A DNA stretch of 64,000 nucleotides from Lachnospiraceae bacterium UBA4348 (GTDB lineage: Bacteria; Bacillota; Clostridia; Lachnospirales; Lachnospiraceae), in assembly GCA_002394165.1 (NCBI GenBank), contig DGTA01000057.1, positions 8,477-72,476 of the forward strand. The letters run 5' to 3'. The notes under the pieces were generated by a model. It was given only the letters and a program-made list of their open reading frames with translations. It was not told the origin of the DNA and made no database searches. This document shows positions 36,238-45,921 of this stretch, one piece after another; position 1 is the stretch's first letter, and each line of letters starts with the position of its first letter. The position numbers and the translations under genes were made by a program.

Positions 36238-36466
36238 AGATACCTCCCGAATTGAATGCGCGCCGTGCACGCGATAAAAGCTGCCGTGTCCGGTTCCGGA
36301 TCTATTTTACCATCCGGCGGTTCCAGGCACAATTATTAAAGAACCATAAAGCCCTCTTCCGGTTCATTGCGCTTGAAAAGAAAACGTGCTATTCTTTTCG
36401 CAGAAAGTGTGCCGTACCTGCCGGGCGGCAGCATTTGAGTATAAATGCCGAAAGGAGATTGGAAAC

Positions 36467-36805
36467 ATGTTTGGCGGTATTTTTGGAAGATTTTTAGCGC
36501 TGATATTTGCTTTTTCGATGGGTGTCAGTTTTGCCTCGGAGCAGCCGGCGACAGATTCGGAGTTGAAGCAGAAGGTACAGCAGCACATGGATGTGATCGC
36601 GGATGAATCGGCGGCGATCGTGGATGATGTAATCGACGAAGCCCGCAAGGATGAGCGTGTGCAGAAGGCGGAAGAATTCGCCAATGATGTCAATGAGATC
36701 GTCGGCAATACGAAGCAGGATATCAAAGATCACTTCGGTCCGGAGGAGGAGACGGAGGATCTGTCCGAGGCCGTCGGTCTTGAAGAGGCTACGGAAGGCA
36801 TCTGA
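36467..36805 (+). CDS. small secreted acidic protein
   Basis: AAAGGAGA RBS. The MFGGIFGRFLALIFAFSMGVSFA signal is followed by a Glu/Asp-rich, helical-looking sequence. Confidence 0.6.
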   Translation: MFGGIFGRFLALIFAFSMGVSFASEQPATDSELKQKVQQHMDVIADESAAIVDDVIDEARKDERVQKAEEFANDVNEIVGNTKQDIKDHFGPEEETEDLSEAVGLEEATEGI

Positions 36806-36848
36806 TCCGCGGCTTGGCGACAGGAACATGCTTTTGTTTTGATCAGTC

Positions 36849-36876
36849 ACTGCCCGGTGTTTTCCGGGCAGTTTTT
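36849..36876 (+). terminator. intrinsic terminator
   Basis: ACTGCCCGG-TGTTTT-CCGGGCAGT followed by TTTT. Confidence 0.75.
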
Positions 36877-36949
36877 ACGTTTCACAGGATAATTGATTAT
36901 TGAAAGGGAGAGACACAGCCGGGGCAGCCCGAAGCTGTGCAGACGACCT

Positions 36950-39748
36950 ATGCTGACGATCGATCAAGTTTACAAGGAGTACCGGACCGGCACACTGGTG
37001 CAGAAAGCGCTGGACGGAGTCTCCATCTCTTTCAGAGAACGGGAGTTTGTGGCCATTCTTGGGCCGAGCGGTTCCGGAAAAACGACGCTGCTCAATGTGA
37101 TCGGCGGACTGGACCGCTATGACAGCGGTGAGATGACCTTCAACTCCGTTCCGACCAGCAGCTACGGAAACCGGGAGTGGGATACATATCGAAATCATAC
37201 GATCGGTTTTATCTTCCAGAGCTACAACCTGATCCCCCACCAGAGCATCCTCTCGAACGTGGAGCTTGCGCTGACGCTGGCAGGCGTAAAGAAGGAGGAG
37301 CGGCTGAAGAGGGCTAAGGAAGCGCTGGACAGGGTGGGACTCCTCGATCAGGCGTTCAAGAAGCCGATGCAGCTGTCCGGCGGACAGATGCAGAGGGTGG
37401 CGATCGCGCGCGCACTGGTCAACCGCCCGTCCATCCTGCTGGCCGATGAGCCGACGGGAGCCCTCGACTCGGATACCGGCGAGCAGGTGATGAAGCTTCT
37501 CAAGGAGGTATCGCAGGACCACCTGGTCATCATGGTCACGCACAACCCGGATCTGGCCAGGCGCTACGCGACAAGGATCGTCCAGCTGCGGGACGGGAAG
37601 ATCACGGACGACTCCGATCCGTACGAGCCCGATGAGGAAAAGCCCGCCGAAAAGAGTGGCATGCCGGGGCGGAAAAGCTCCATGTCATTTCTGACGGCTC
37701 TCTCCCTGTCTGTCTCAAACCTGCTCTCCAAGAAGGCGCGCACTATTCTGGTGGCGTTTGCCGCGTCGATCGGGATCGTCGGGATCGCGCTGATCCTTTC
37801 GCTCTCAAACGGGGCGAACGCGTATATACACCAGATGGAGAGGGATTCCCTGAGCCAGTATCCCATCGAGATCACCAGCTCGTCCTTCTCTATGGAGGAG
37901 ACGATGATGACGTTCGCCGCCATGCGGCAGAGTGCCGCCTCCACGGACGGGGACGGGATCACCGAACAGCAGATGATGGGCGGGATGCTCTCCTCGGCGA
38001 GCATCAACGACCTGGCTTCCCTGAAGCGCTGGTTCGACAGCGGCTACAGCGGGATGGAGGAGTACACGCGCGGGATCGATTACAGCTACGGGATCAGCCC
38101 GCAGATCTACCGCCTGCAGGAGGACGGGTACCGTCAGGTGAACCCGGACCAGACGATGGCGGCGTTCGGCGTGAGTATGGATGACGCGCTGACCGGCGCC
38201 ATGAGCGGATACAGCTTCAACGAAATGTTCCTGCCCCTGCCGGACAATCGGGCCCTGTATGAGGGGGATTACGACCTGCTGGCCGGCTCGTGGCCGAAGA
38301 AGGACACGGACCTGGTCCTGGTGCTGTCCGGTTCGGGCGGCATCCCGGACTTTATGCTCTACACGATGGGGCTGAAGGATTCCGATGAGCTCAATGAGCA
38401 GATCCAGAATGTGGTCGCCGGCAACGGCTCCGGGATCAGGAGCGAGGACCTGCAGGACAACCGGGTGTACGATCCCGAGGAGTTCCTCGGCATTTCCTTC
38501 AAGCTGCTTCCGGCTTATTCATTGTTTGAAAAAGATGAGAACGTGGGGCTCTGGCTGGATCAGTCCGGCAACGAGAAGAAAGTCCTGAAGCTGCTTGAAA
38601 AAGCGGAGGATATGAATATCGTCGGCGTGGTGCGCCCTTCGGAGGATGTTTCCTTCGGGATCCTGGGGATCGGCCTGGAGTATCAGCCCGGGCTGCTTAA
38701 ACGCCTGATGCGGGAGGCCGGAGAGAGTGACGTGGTCCTTGCCCAGAACGCATCGCCCGATGTCAATATCCTGACGGGGACGGCCTTCGGCGAGGATGAT
38801 TTCTCCTCGATGGACTCTTATCTGGATATGATCGAGCTGCATCCGGAGCATCTGGACGAGGCGGTCTCCATCCGCTGGGACAGGCTCGGGGAGCTGGAGA
38901 CGGACGATACGCGCCTGAGCGCCAAACGCCTGGTGAGGATCACCAGGGAGCTTTCGAGAACCGGAAAATCCCCGACACTCGAGAAGATGTTTGAGGCGGC
39001 GCTGCCTCTCATGAAAGACCTGATCGAGATCGATGAAGAGAAGATCGGCGACGTCATATCGTTTGCGATGGATGAGAACAGGATGCAGGAGATGTATTCC
39101 GCCCGCGCCGCTGCCCAGAGCGCGACCTTAAGCGGAAACCTGACCCGGTTCGGGTACGCCGATGAAGAGACGCCCATGAGGGTGACCATCTATCCGAGTG
39201 ATTTTGACAGCAAGAGCGAGGTGATCCGCCTGCTCGACGCCTACAACGAGGCGGTGAAGGAAGAAGGATATGAAGAGAAGGTGATCTCCTACACGGACTA
39301 TGTCGGTGCGCTGATGTCTTCCGTAACGACGATCATCGATGTGATCACCTACGTGCTGATCGCATTCGTGGCCGTCTCCCTGGTGGTGTCTTCGATCATG
39401 ATCGGGATCATCACCTATATCTCCGTCCTGGAGAGGCGCAAGGAGATCGGCATACTGCGTGCGATGGGCGCTTCGCGCTACAACATTACGCAGGTGTTCA
39501 ACGCGGAGACCTTTATTATCGGGCTGCTGTCAGGCGCCTTCGGCATGGGTATCACCCTGGCGGCGCTGGTCCCGATCAATATTGTGATCCAGAAGCTGGC
39601 AGAGCAGCGGCATATCCGCGCCTTCCTGCCGCCCGGAGCCGGAGCGGTGCTGATCGTCCTTTGCATCGTCCTGACGTTTATCGGCGGGTTCATTCCGTCC
39701 AGGCAGGCGGCCAGGCAGGATCCGGTAGCAGCGCTTCGAAGCGAATGA
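36950..39748 (+). CDS. MacB-like fused ABC ATPase plus FtsX-type permease
   Basis: GPSGSGKTT, LSGGQMQRVAIARAL and LLADEPTGALD, then a large extracytoplasmic region and a C-terminal FtsX-like 4-TM block (EIGILRAMGA). Confidence 0.9.
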   Translation: MLTIDQVYKEYRTGTLVQKALDGVSISFREREFVAILGPSGSGKTTLLNVIGGLDRYDSGEMTFNSVPTSSYGNREWDTYRNHTIGFIFQSYNLIPHQSILSNVELALTLAGVKKEERLKRAKEALDRVGLLDQAFKKPMQLSGGQMQRVAIARALVNRPSILLADEPTGALDSDTGEQVMKLLKEVSQDHLVIMVTHNPDLARRYATRIVQLRDGKITDDSDPYEPDEEKPAEKSGMPGRKSSMSFLTALSLSVSNLLSKKARTILVAFAASIGIVGIALILSLSNGANAYIHQMERDSLSQYPIEITSSSFSMEETMMTFAAMRQSAASTDGDGITEQQMMGGMLSSASINDLASLKRWFDSGYSGMEEYTRGIDYSYGISPQIYRLQEDGYRQVNPDQTMAAFGVSMDDALTGAMSGYSFNEMFLPLPDNRALYEGDYDLLAGSWPKKDTDLVLVLSGSGGIPDFMLYTMGLKDSDELNEQIQNVVAGNGSGIRSEDLQDNRVYDPEEFLGISFKLLPAYSLFEKDENVGLWLDQSGNEKKVLKLLEKAEDMNIVGVVRPSEDVSFGILGIGLEYQPGLLKRLMREAGESDVVLAQNASPDVNILTGTAFGEDDFSSMDSYLDMIELHPEHLDEAVSIRWDRLGELETDDTRLSAKRLVRITRELSRTGKSPTLEKMFEAALPLMKDLIEIDEEKIGDVISFAMDENRMQEMYSARAAAQSATLSGNLTRFGYADEETPMRVTIYPSDFDSKSEVIRLLDAYNEAVKEEGYEEKVISYTDYVGALMSSVTTIIDVITYVLIAFVAVSLVVSSIMIGIITYISVLERRKEIGILRAMGASRYNITQVFNAETFIIGLLSGAFGMGITLAALVPINIVIQKLAEQRHIRAFLPPGAGAVLIVLCIVLTFIGGFIPSRQAARQDPVAALRSE

Positions 39749-39750
39749 AT

Positions 39751-39805
39751 GTGAGTGAGACAGTGAGTCAGGGTGAGTCAGGAGATACGTCCCCTGACTT
39801 ACTCT
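39751..39805. repeat. family-C palindromic repeat
   Basis: GTGAGTGAGACAGTGAGTCAGGGTGAGTCAGGAGATACGTCCCCTGACTTAC. The core matches 17675..17699. Confidence 0.8.
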
Positions 39806-39820
39806 GCCCGCTGACCGAAG

Positions 39821-40315
39821 TCATTTCGGGGCGCCGGAGCGGATCTTTTCCTCAATGGCCCGGATCTCCCGGGCCTTGGCCAGCAGCTTCCGGGCCCAAT
39901 TCTCATCCGGTTCGCACACATTGAAAGTGCGGAACCCCATGGACCGGCCGTAGTCATGGATCACCTGCTCATCATCGACGTGAAGCGAGATCCGGTAGAA
40001 CTGGGGCATTTTCTGGGGAAGGCGCGCCGGATGGCCCTTCTGGACCTCCTTCAGGTGGCGCTGTGCGTTGACGATCTGGTCAAAGCGGACGCCGTAATGA
40101 CGGAACAGACCGCGGATATAGGCTGCCGACCGGAAGGAGGAGGTATAGACCCATACCTCAAACCCCTCCTGCTGGAGCGTATGGATCAGGTCCACAGTTC
40201 CCTTTCGAAGCCGCTCACGGTAGATCCGGTCAAAAGGAAAGGAAGGGGGATCTTCAATGTCGAAGCTTCTCGGATCAACGAATAAAACTTCATCCAGATC
40301 AAAAGAAATGCGCAT
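39821..40315 (-). CDS. HAD-superfamily-like hydrolase
   Basis: N-terminal MRISFDLDEVLF (DxD motif). Size and pattern fit small HAD/NT5C-like phosphatases. Confidence 0.6.
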   Translation of the reverse strand: MRISFDLDEVLFVDPRSFDIEDPPSFPFDRIYRERLRKGTVDLIHTLQQEGFEVWVYTSSFRSAAYIRGLFRHYGVRFDQIVNAQRHLKEVQKGHPARLPQKMPQFYRISLHVDDEQVIHDYGRSMGFRTFNVCEPDENWARKLLAKAREIRAIEEKIRSGAPK

Positions 40316-40387
40316 ACTGCCACCTCAGGGAATATATCTAACGCCATCTTAATTCATTTTACCGCCCTTTTCAGGCAGTGTCAAAAA

Positions 40388-40439
40388 GAGGGGTCTGACC
40401 CTTTTCGCGCTTCAACGCGCGAAAAGGGTCAGACCCCTC
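40388..40439. repeat. family-A palindromic repeat, complete element (perfect 23-bp arms)
   Basis: GAGGGGTCTGACCCTTTTCGCGC-TTCAAC-GCGCGAAAAGGGTCAGACCCCTC. Confidence 0.9.
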
Positions 40440-40586
40440 CCCGGAAACCCGCGTGCTGTGTGGATTTTTCCGCCGTCTTTCGTATATTTTAGCAGATGAC
40501 TGAAGTGACCGGTCGTCGATAGATTTAGAAAAAAGGAAATAAACGAAAACAATCCTGAGAATATGAAAAATAAGGAGGATAGAATA

Positions 40587-41528
40587 ATGAAGATCATAAA
40601 AATGATTACATGCGGACTGATGACAGCAGTAGTTCTTGCGATGTCTGCCTGCGCTTTTAATTCTTTTGCGGAGGAGACGGTTACGGAGGCAGGGCCCCGG
40701 GAGGGCGAGTATATCATGCTTGAGAATGAGGGCCTGAAGCTGCCGGTTCCGGCTGAATTTCAGGATACGGTGGTGACCGAGATCCCGGAGAAGGGTGAGA
40801 GGAACGTTCTGTTTTCCGCCTCGGAAAAAGCCTCCATCGATGCGGCTGAGGCAAACGGGGAAAACACGGACGGTGCCGGATGGCTCTTCTCCATCCGTAT
40901 GACTGACCAGGCCGGGCTCGATGAGATGCGCACCGGCGACATGTTCGGTGAAAGGCCTTTTGCGAAGGATGAAAACGGCAACATTTACGTGCTCTGCCTG
41001 CCGACGGATGTGAGGATGGTGCGTGAGAACTATGACAACATGGAAGCTGAGCTCAAGGATTTTGAGGTCCTTACCCAGTGGGCGAGCGAGACGGTTCCCG
41101 AAATGTTTATCGAAGAGAACGGCCTGACGCCCCTCGCTGTGACCAACACCGACCTGGATATCACGCTGGCGAGGATCGCCTTTGTTCCGGAGACGAAATA
41201 CATCTTAAGCACCACGCAGTACGGAGAGCTTGAGCCGAAGGATGCCGATGCGGCTCCCTTCCTTGAAAAGCTGATGAACGATGTGACCTTTGTTCCGGCA
41301 AACGATGCTGAGGCTCCGGACGGAGAATACGTCGTGCTGCGCATCCCGGGGGAGAACGTCCGGTTCGATTTCTTCAGCAACGACAGCGAGAACCTGGTCC
41401 GCGAGGTCTGGGAAGAGCTCGGCGATGAAGCTCTGTACCGCGCAGAGTTTAAGGATGGGACTTCTTCCGTGACAAAGATCATGCAGGAGTGGTATGATGC
41501 GCTGGCCAAAGCCAACGGAAAAGAGTGA
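40587..41528 (+). CDS. secreted protein / probable lipoprotein, unknown function
   Basis: AAGGAGG lies 8 nt before the ATG at 40587. MKIIKMITCGLMTAVVLAMSAC has a lipobox-like motif. Confidence 0.7.
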   Translation: MKIIKMITCGLMTAVVLAMSACAFNSFAEETVTEAGPREGEYIMLENEGLKLPVPAEFQDTVVTEIPEKGERNVLFSASEKASIDAAEANGENTDGAGWLFSIRMTDQAGLDEMRTGDMFGERPFAKDENGNIYVLCLPTDVRMVRENYDNMEAELKDFEVLTQWASETVPEMFIEENGLTPLAVTNTDLDITLARIAFVPETKYILSTTQYGELEPKDADAAPFLEKLMNDVTFVPANDAEAPDGEYVVLRIPGENVRFDFFSNDSENLVREVWEELGDEALYRAEFKDGTSSVTKIMQEWYDALAKANGKE

Positions 41529-41583
41529 CCGGCAGGGGGGCTGTCGCAATAGATGTTGTATCAGTCCATACTAATCGGTAAAA

Positions 41584-41608
41584 ATCCGGCCTTTTCGGCC
41601 GGATTTTT
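41584..41608 (+). terminator. intrinsic terminator
   Basis: ATCCGGCC-TTTTC-GGCCGGAT followed by TTTT. Confidence 0.75.
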
Positions 41609-41716
41609 ACTATGTCAGACATATTTTCTGATGAATCTCTGAATCAAGCGTACTTGAATTAAAGCCGCTCGTCAAACAAGCGCCTTCCTCCAATCGCTGT
41701 TTTGAATTGTCAAAAT

Positions 41717-41915
41717 TTATGAAGCTTTCAATTCAGTCAGGTACTGACCTGTTCGGCCTCCCTGTATCTTAAAATGGAGCTTATTGATGTTATAGGCAAT
41801 GGCAAGAAGGACACTCTGGGCCAGTACATTTTCTTTTCCCCGGTAAAGATATTGGCGGAAATTCATATCCTCTTTTACAACGGCAAAAGGAAAACATTGC
41901 AGCAGTGTTTTTTTC
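41717..41915 (-). mobile_element. 3' remnant of an IS1182-like (IS4/IS5-type) transposase gene
   Basis: The minus-strand frame reads ...CFPFAVVKEDMNFRQYLYRGKENVLAQSVLLAIAYNINKLHFKIQGGRTGQYLTELKAS*. The F-x-x-[IV]K...FRxxxxRG...A.NI.KL pattern is the conserved C-terminus of these transposases (from memory). There is no upstream catalytic part. Confidence 0.55.
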
Positions 41916-41924
41916 GGCGCGGAT

Positions 41925-42698
41925 TTGGTGGAAAACCTGATCAGCTTTCTGAAAGACTATATCCGGGAACTGCCGGAGGGCAAAAAGGTCAGCGCCGCCG
42001 CGATCGGCTTTCCGTCCACTATCAACAGAGCACGGGATACGGTCATGCAGTCGCCAAATCTGGCGGGCCTGGACAATGTTCCGCTTAAGGCGATGCTGGA
42101 AGAAGAGTTGGGGATAAAAGTGCTGATTGAAAAAGATGTGAATCTGCTGTACTGCCATGACCGGAAAGTGTTGAACTTAAGCCGCAAAGGGGTGCATATC
42201 GGCATCTATTTCGGGACCGGCATCGGCAATGCCATTTTCATAGACGGTAAACCACTGACCGGCAAGGACGGGGCAGCCGGCGAGATCGGCCACATACCGC
42301 TGGTGCCCGGAGGAAAGCTATGCGGCTGCGGAAACAGGGGCTGCGCTGAGTGTTATGCGGGCGGAAAGTACCTGGTGGAACTGATCAACACGAAGTATTC
42401 CGGGGAACCGATATCCGAATTGTTCGTAAGGCACGCAGAAAGCCCGGAGATAAAGGAGTTTGTGGAGAATGCGGCCAGGGTGGTCGCAACGGAGATCAAC
42501 CTGCTGAACCCGGAGACGATCGTCCTTGGCGGAGGCGTGCTGAATATGAAGGGGTTCCCGACAAAGTTGCTGGAAGAAAAGATCAGGAACTGCAGCCGGA
42601 AACCGTATCCGGAAGAAAGCCTGGAAATTTACTTTTCAAAGGATGAAGTGGAGAACGGTGTAAGAGGGGCGGTAGAGTATGCGAGGGAGAGGAGTTAA
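41925..42698 (+). pseudogene. ROK-family sugar kinase (AlsK-like), 5'-truncated
   Basis: GAAGEIGHIPL, CGCGNRGCAECYAGG and LGGGV are present. The N-terminal roughly 45 aa with the DxGGT ATP-binding motif are absent, and the only start is a TTG abutting the IS remnant. Confidence 0.6.
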
Positions 42699-42722
42699 TT
42701 TCCCAAATGCTGCCCTTGAAAA

Positions 42723-42752
42723 GCTGCCGCACTAATTTCCTGGTGCGGCAGC
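42723..42752 (-). terminator. hairpin terminator for the minus-strand ABC operon (possibly bidirectional)
   Basis: GCTGCCGCAC-N10-GTGCGGCAGC. On the minus strand it is followed by TTTTC. Confidence 0.5.
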
Positions 42753-42824
42753 CCTTGCGTCCGGCATCTTCCGGACAAAAGTAAGCTATAGTCGGTAGAA
42801 TCTAAGAAAAGTTATTCTTGATAA

Positions 42825-43661
42825 TCATTTTACGGCTCCGAGTGTCAGTCCGGCTGTCATTTTTTTATTCAAAGAGAAATAGATCACAAGTGTCGGCAGG
42901 ATCGAAAGGGCAATCGCCGCGTAGGTTGCTCCCCAGTCTTTCAGGCCGCGGGGGCCGATAAAATCAGACAGGCCCACGGAAATCGTCTTGAGTTCCGTGC
43001 TGTTTATGAAAACAAGGCTGAATGCGTAGTCGTTCCAAACAGTAATAAAGTTCATTGCCAGAACTGTCATGATCGTATTCAGCGACAGCGGGATCATGAT
43101 CCTGGTATAAATGCCATAAGCGCTCGCTCCGTCGATAACGGCCGCTTCAATGATCTCATCGGGGATGAAAGTATAGAAATTGACGAACAGCATGATGGAT
43201 ACAGGAAGCTGAAACGCCAGAAGCGGCAGGATGACGCTTGTTCTCGTATTGATCAGGTTGACGCGGGCGAACATCGTGAACAATGGGATAAGGGTAACCG
43301 CATACGGGATAGTAAGCCCGATCAGGAAATACCGGTAGATCTTTTTGCTGCCGGCGAATTTCAGTTTCGCGATGGCATATGCAGCCATCGAGCTTAAAAG
43401 AACGATAAGCACAAGGGATATCACGGAGATGATGGCACTGTTTTTGATATATGTAAAAACATGGCTGGTCGTAAAGATCGTAATAAAGTTTTCCTTTGTC
43501 AACTGTCTCGGAAAACTAAACGGCTCGGTCAGCAGCTCCATGTTCGGGCGGAATGCGGCCAGCAGGAGCCAGAGGACCGGATATGCCTGAATGATCAGGA
43601 AGACGATCATGACGAACCAGTAGACTGTTTTTCTGGCTTTCTTACGGGATTTATAACTCAT
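42825..43661 (-). CDS. carbohydrate ABC transporter permease (MalG-type)
   Basis: Six-TM profile. EAA-like loop IPDEIIEAAVIDGAS. Confidence 0.9.
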   Translation of the reverse strand: MSYKSRKKARKTVYWFVMIVFLIIQAYPVLWLLLAAFRPNMELLTEPFSFPRQLTKENFITIFTTSHVFTYIKNSAIISVISLVLIVLLSSMAAYAIAKLKFAGSKKIYRYFLIGLTIPYAVTLIPLFTMFARVNLINTRTSVILPLLAFQLPVSIMLFVNFYTFIPDEIIEAAVIDGASAYGIYTRIMIPLSLNTIMTVLAMNFITVWNDYAFSLVFINSTELKTISVGLSDFIGPRGLKDWGATYAAIALSILPTLVIYFSLNKKMTAGLTLGAVK

Positions 43662-43672
43662 ATCTGATCCTT

Positions 43673-44542
43673 TCACGCGTCTTCTCTATCCATGTATCTG
43701 CTGATCAACAGTACTCCGATAACGCTTAGAATAACGATTACGACAGCGATTGAACTGCCGTACCCATAGTCACGGCTCGTAAATGCTTTTTTATACATGT
43801 AAGTTGCGAGTATTTCTGAGCGGTGGTTCGGGCCTCCCTTTGTCATATTCATCGGGGCGGCAAATCCGCGCAGCGCACCGACCAGACTTAGAATACAGGC
43901 AAGCAGGATGACATTTGCGATGGAAGGAATTCGAATTCGGAACAAAAGCTGTAATTCTGTAGCTCCGTCAATTCTTGCCGCCTCTAGAATATCCGGGGAT
44001 ACCGACACTAATGCGGAATAGAAAATGATCATATAGATGCCGATATACTGCCAGCCTTCTACGGCGGCCACAGCAGGCAGCGCCGCTTTATAATCACTTA
44101 GAAAAGCAATCGGTTCCAGGCCGATGAATTTACGGAAAATGTTGAAAAGACCAATCGGCTCATATGAGTAAAAACTGGTAAAAAGCTGGGCAATGGCAAT
44201 AACGGTAATTACAGACGGGATATAGTAGACAGTTTGTATGAAGCCCCTTCCTTTTACCAGATATGTCAGCAGGACGGCAATAATAAAACCGAATCCCAGC
44301 TGAAGGACCATAACGATCACGATGTAAAGCAGGTTATTGGTGAATGACCTTATGAAAATCTTGTCGTTAAGCAGTTTTACGAAATTGCTCAGACCGACGA
44401 ACTGTTTCGGCCCAAGACCATCCCAGTCAATCAGGCTGTAATAGATCGAAACGGCGATCGGGATCATGACCATGATGGTATACACGATCAGCGCCGGAAG
44501 CAAAAAGAACGCGACCGCCTTCTTATCACGCAGAGTTTTCAT
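43673..44542 (-). CDS. carbohydrate ABC transporter permease (MalF-type)
   Basis: Six-TM profile. EAA-like loop SPDILEAARIDGAT. Confidence 0.9.
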   Translation of the reverse strand: MKTLRDKKAVAFFLLPALIVYTIMVMIPIAVSIYYSLIDWDGLGPKQFVGLSNFVKLLNDKIFIRSFTNNLLYIVIVMVLQLGFGFIIAVLLTYLVKGRGFIQTVYYIPSVITVIAIAQLFTSFYSYEPIGLFNIFRKFIGLEPIAFLSDYKAALPAVAAVEGWQYIGIYMIIFYSALVSVSPDILEAARIDGATELQLLFRIRIPSIANVILLACILSLVGALRGFAAPMNMTKGGPNHRSEILATYMYKKAFTSRDYGYGSSIAVVIVILSVIGVLLISRYMDREDA

Positions 44543-44611
44543 AATTATAGTTCCCCATTTCAGATGATAACAGGGGACGGTTTGGCGTCCCCTGCTGTCA
44601 ATTCCTATGTA

Positions 44612-45889
44612 TTAGTTTGCGTTTGCTTCAAGAGCCTCGTCAACAGCGGCCTCAAAATCTTCAGGTGTCTCCTCGCCCATGCACAGGCCGGGAAGTGTAT
44701 CGTTGATCGTAGCGATAACATCCTCACCCAGGACAACATCCCACGGACGGGCAGCTGTCTCGCCGAGATTGGCCGTATCATCCATAATCTGGACGAACAG
44801 CGGATCGAAATCAGCCGTATCGTCTGCTTCAACTTTCTGAGGAGCAAGGTGCTGATGTGCGAAATATGCGGGGCTGTAATTCTTAACGATAAAGGTCAGG
44901 TAATCCTTGTACTCGTCATCAAATGCTTCCGGGTTAACGGCAAGACCGATACCGCCGAATGCCCAGTACTCATTGGGAGCCGTTGCGGCATCATCAATCG
45001 TCGGCATATAGAAATAACTTACATTCAGTCCTTCAGGACGATTCTCATCGGTGAAGTAATTCAACTCCCATGTTCCTGTGGGATACATAGCACACTTACC
45101 GCTCAGGAACAGGTTAAGTCCTGTCGCGACGTCTGTGGTTGAGAAGCCGGGCTGGAAATACTGGCCGATCTGGGCCATGAATTCGCTGGTGGCAACACCT
45201 GCGGGATCGGTCATTTTAGCTTCACCGGCTGCCAGCTGATTAAGGAAATCATTGCCGGTCATGCGGAAAGGATAAGTGGCAAGAAGCCTGAGGAGCGGCC
45301 AACCGTCACCACCGCCGATACCAAACGGGGTATAGCCTTTTTCCTGCAGCGCTGCGCAGGCAGCCAGAAGATCATCCAGCGTCTCCGGTGCTTCTACGCC
45401 GGCATCCGCAAACATATCCGTGTTATACCAGATCATTTCTGTGGAAAGCTCGAGGGGCAGCGTATACAGCTTTCCGTCCGGAGTACGTCCGTAATTCAGG
45501 GAAAGTGAGATATAGCTGTCCTTTTCTCCGATCTCATCCAGGAATGCATCCATGTCTGTGAGCATTCCCTGCTCACCAAGCTCAACGGCATAAGGCGTGG
45601 GATCCAGGTCGAACATGTCGGGCATCTGGCCGCCTGCAATCATGGTTCTCAGTTTCTGGTCGTAAGAAATTCTGTCTGCATTACTGTCGATGACCAGCTC
45701 GATATTTCCGCCCTGGGCATTATACGCGTCTGTAACTTCCTGCAGTGTGACCATAGTGTCATCGGAAGCGGACCTGGACGAGAAATAATGAATCTGTCTG
45801 GTCTCTGCGGCAAATACGGTAACTCCAGCCAGAGTAACCGCTGCTGCCAGTCCTGCTGCTGCGATAGTTCTGATTTTCTGTGATAACAT
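44612..45889 (-). CDS. extracellular sugar-binding protein of the ABC transporter
   Basis: AGGAGG lies before the ATG at 45889. Signal/anchor MLSQKIRTIAAAGLAAAVTLAGVTVFA. Family-1 SBP-like composition. Confidence 0.85.
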   Translation of the reverse strand: MLSQKIRTIAAAGLAAAVTLAGVTVFAAETRQIHYFSSRSASDDTMVTLQEVTDAYNAQGGNIELVIDSNADRISYDQKLRTMIAGGQMPDMFDLDPTPYAVELGEQGMLTDMDAFLDEIGEKDSYISLSLNYGRTPDGKLYTLPLELSTEMIWYNTDMFADAGVEAPETLDDLLAACAALQEKGYTPFGIGGGDGWPLLRLLATYPFRMTGNDFLNQLAAGEAKMTDPAGVATSEFMAQIGQYFQPGFSTTDVATGLNLFLSGKCAMYPTGTWELNYFTDENRPEGLNVSYFYMPTIDDAATAPNEYWAFGGIGLAVNPEAFDDEYKDYLTFIVKNYSPAYFAHQHLAPQKVEADDTADFDPLFVQIMDDTANLGETAARPWDVVLGEDVIATINDTLPGLCMGEETPEDFEAAVDEALEANAN

Positions 45890-45921
45890 GTCATCCTCCT
45901 TTTTGTTGCTGGTTAACCAGT

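Noticed and set aside
36271-36466. Possible regulatory RNA in the 196-nt gap upstream of the small secreted protein / MacB-like operon
   Set aside because: I could see no conserved riboswitch-like helices or terminator/antiterminator pair. It is most likely just a promoter region.
41774-42088. 104-aa plus-strand ORF and 122-aa minus-strand ORF (41790..42158) at the island border
   Set aside because: Both overlap the transposase remnant and the ROK kinase in wrong frames. The meaningful reading is a third frame (the transposase C-terminus) plus the kinase frame.
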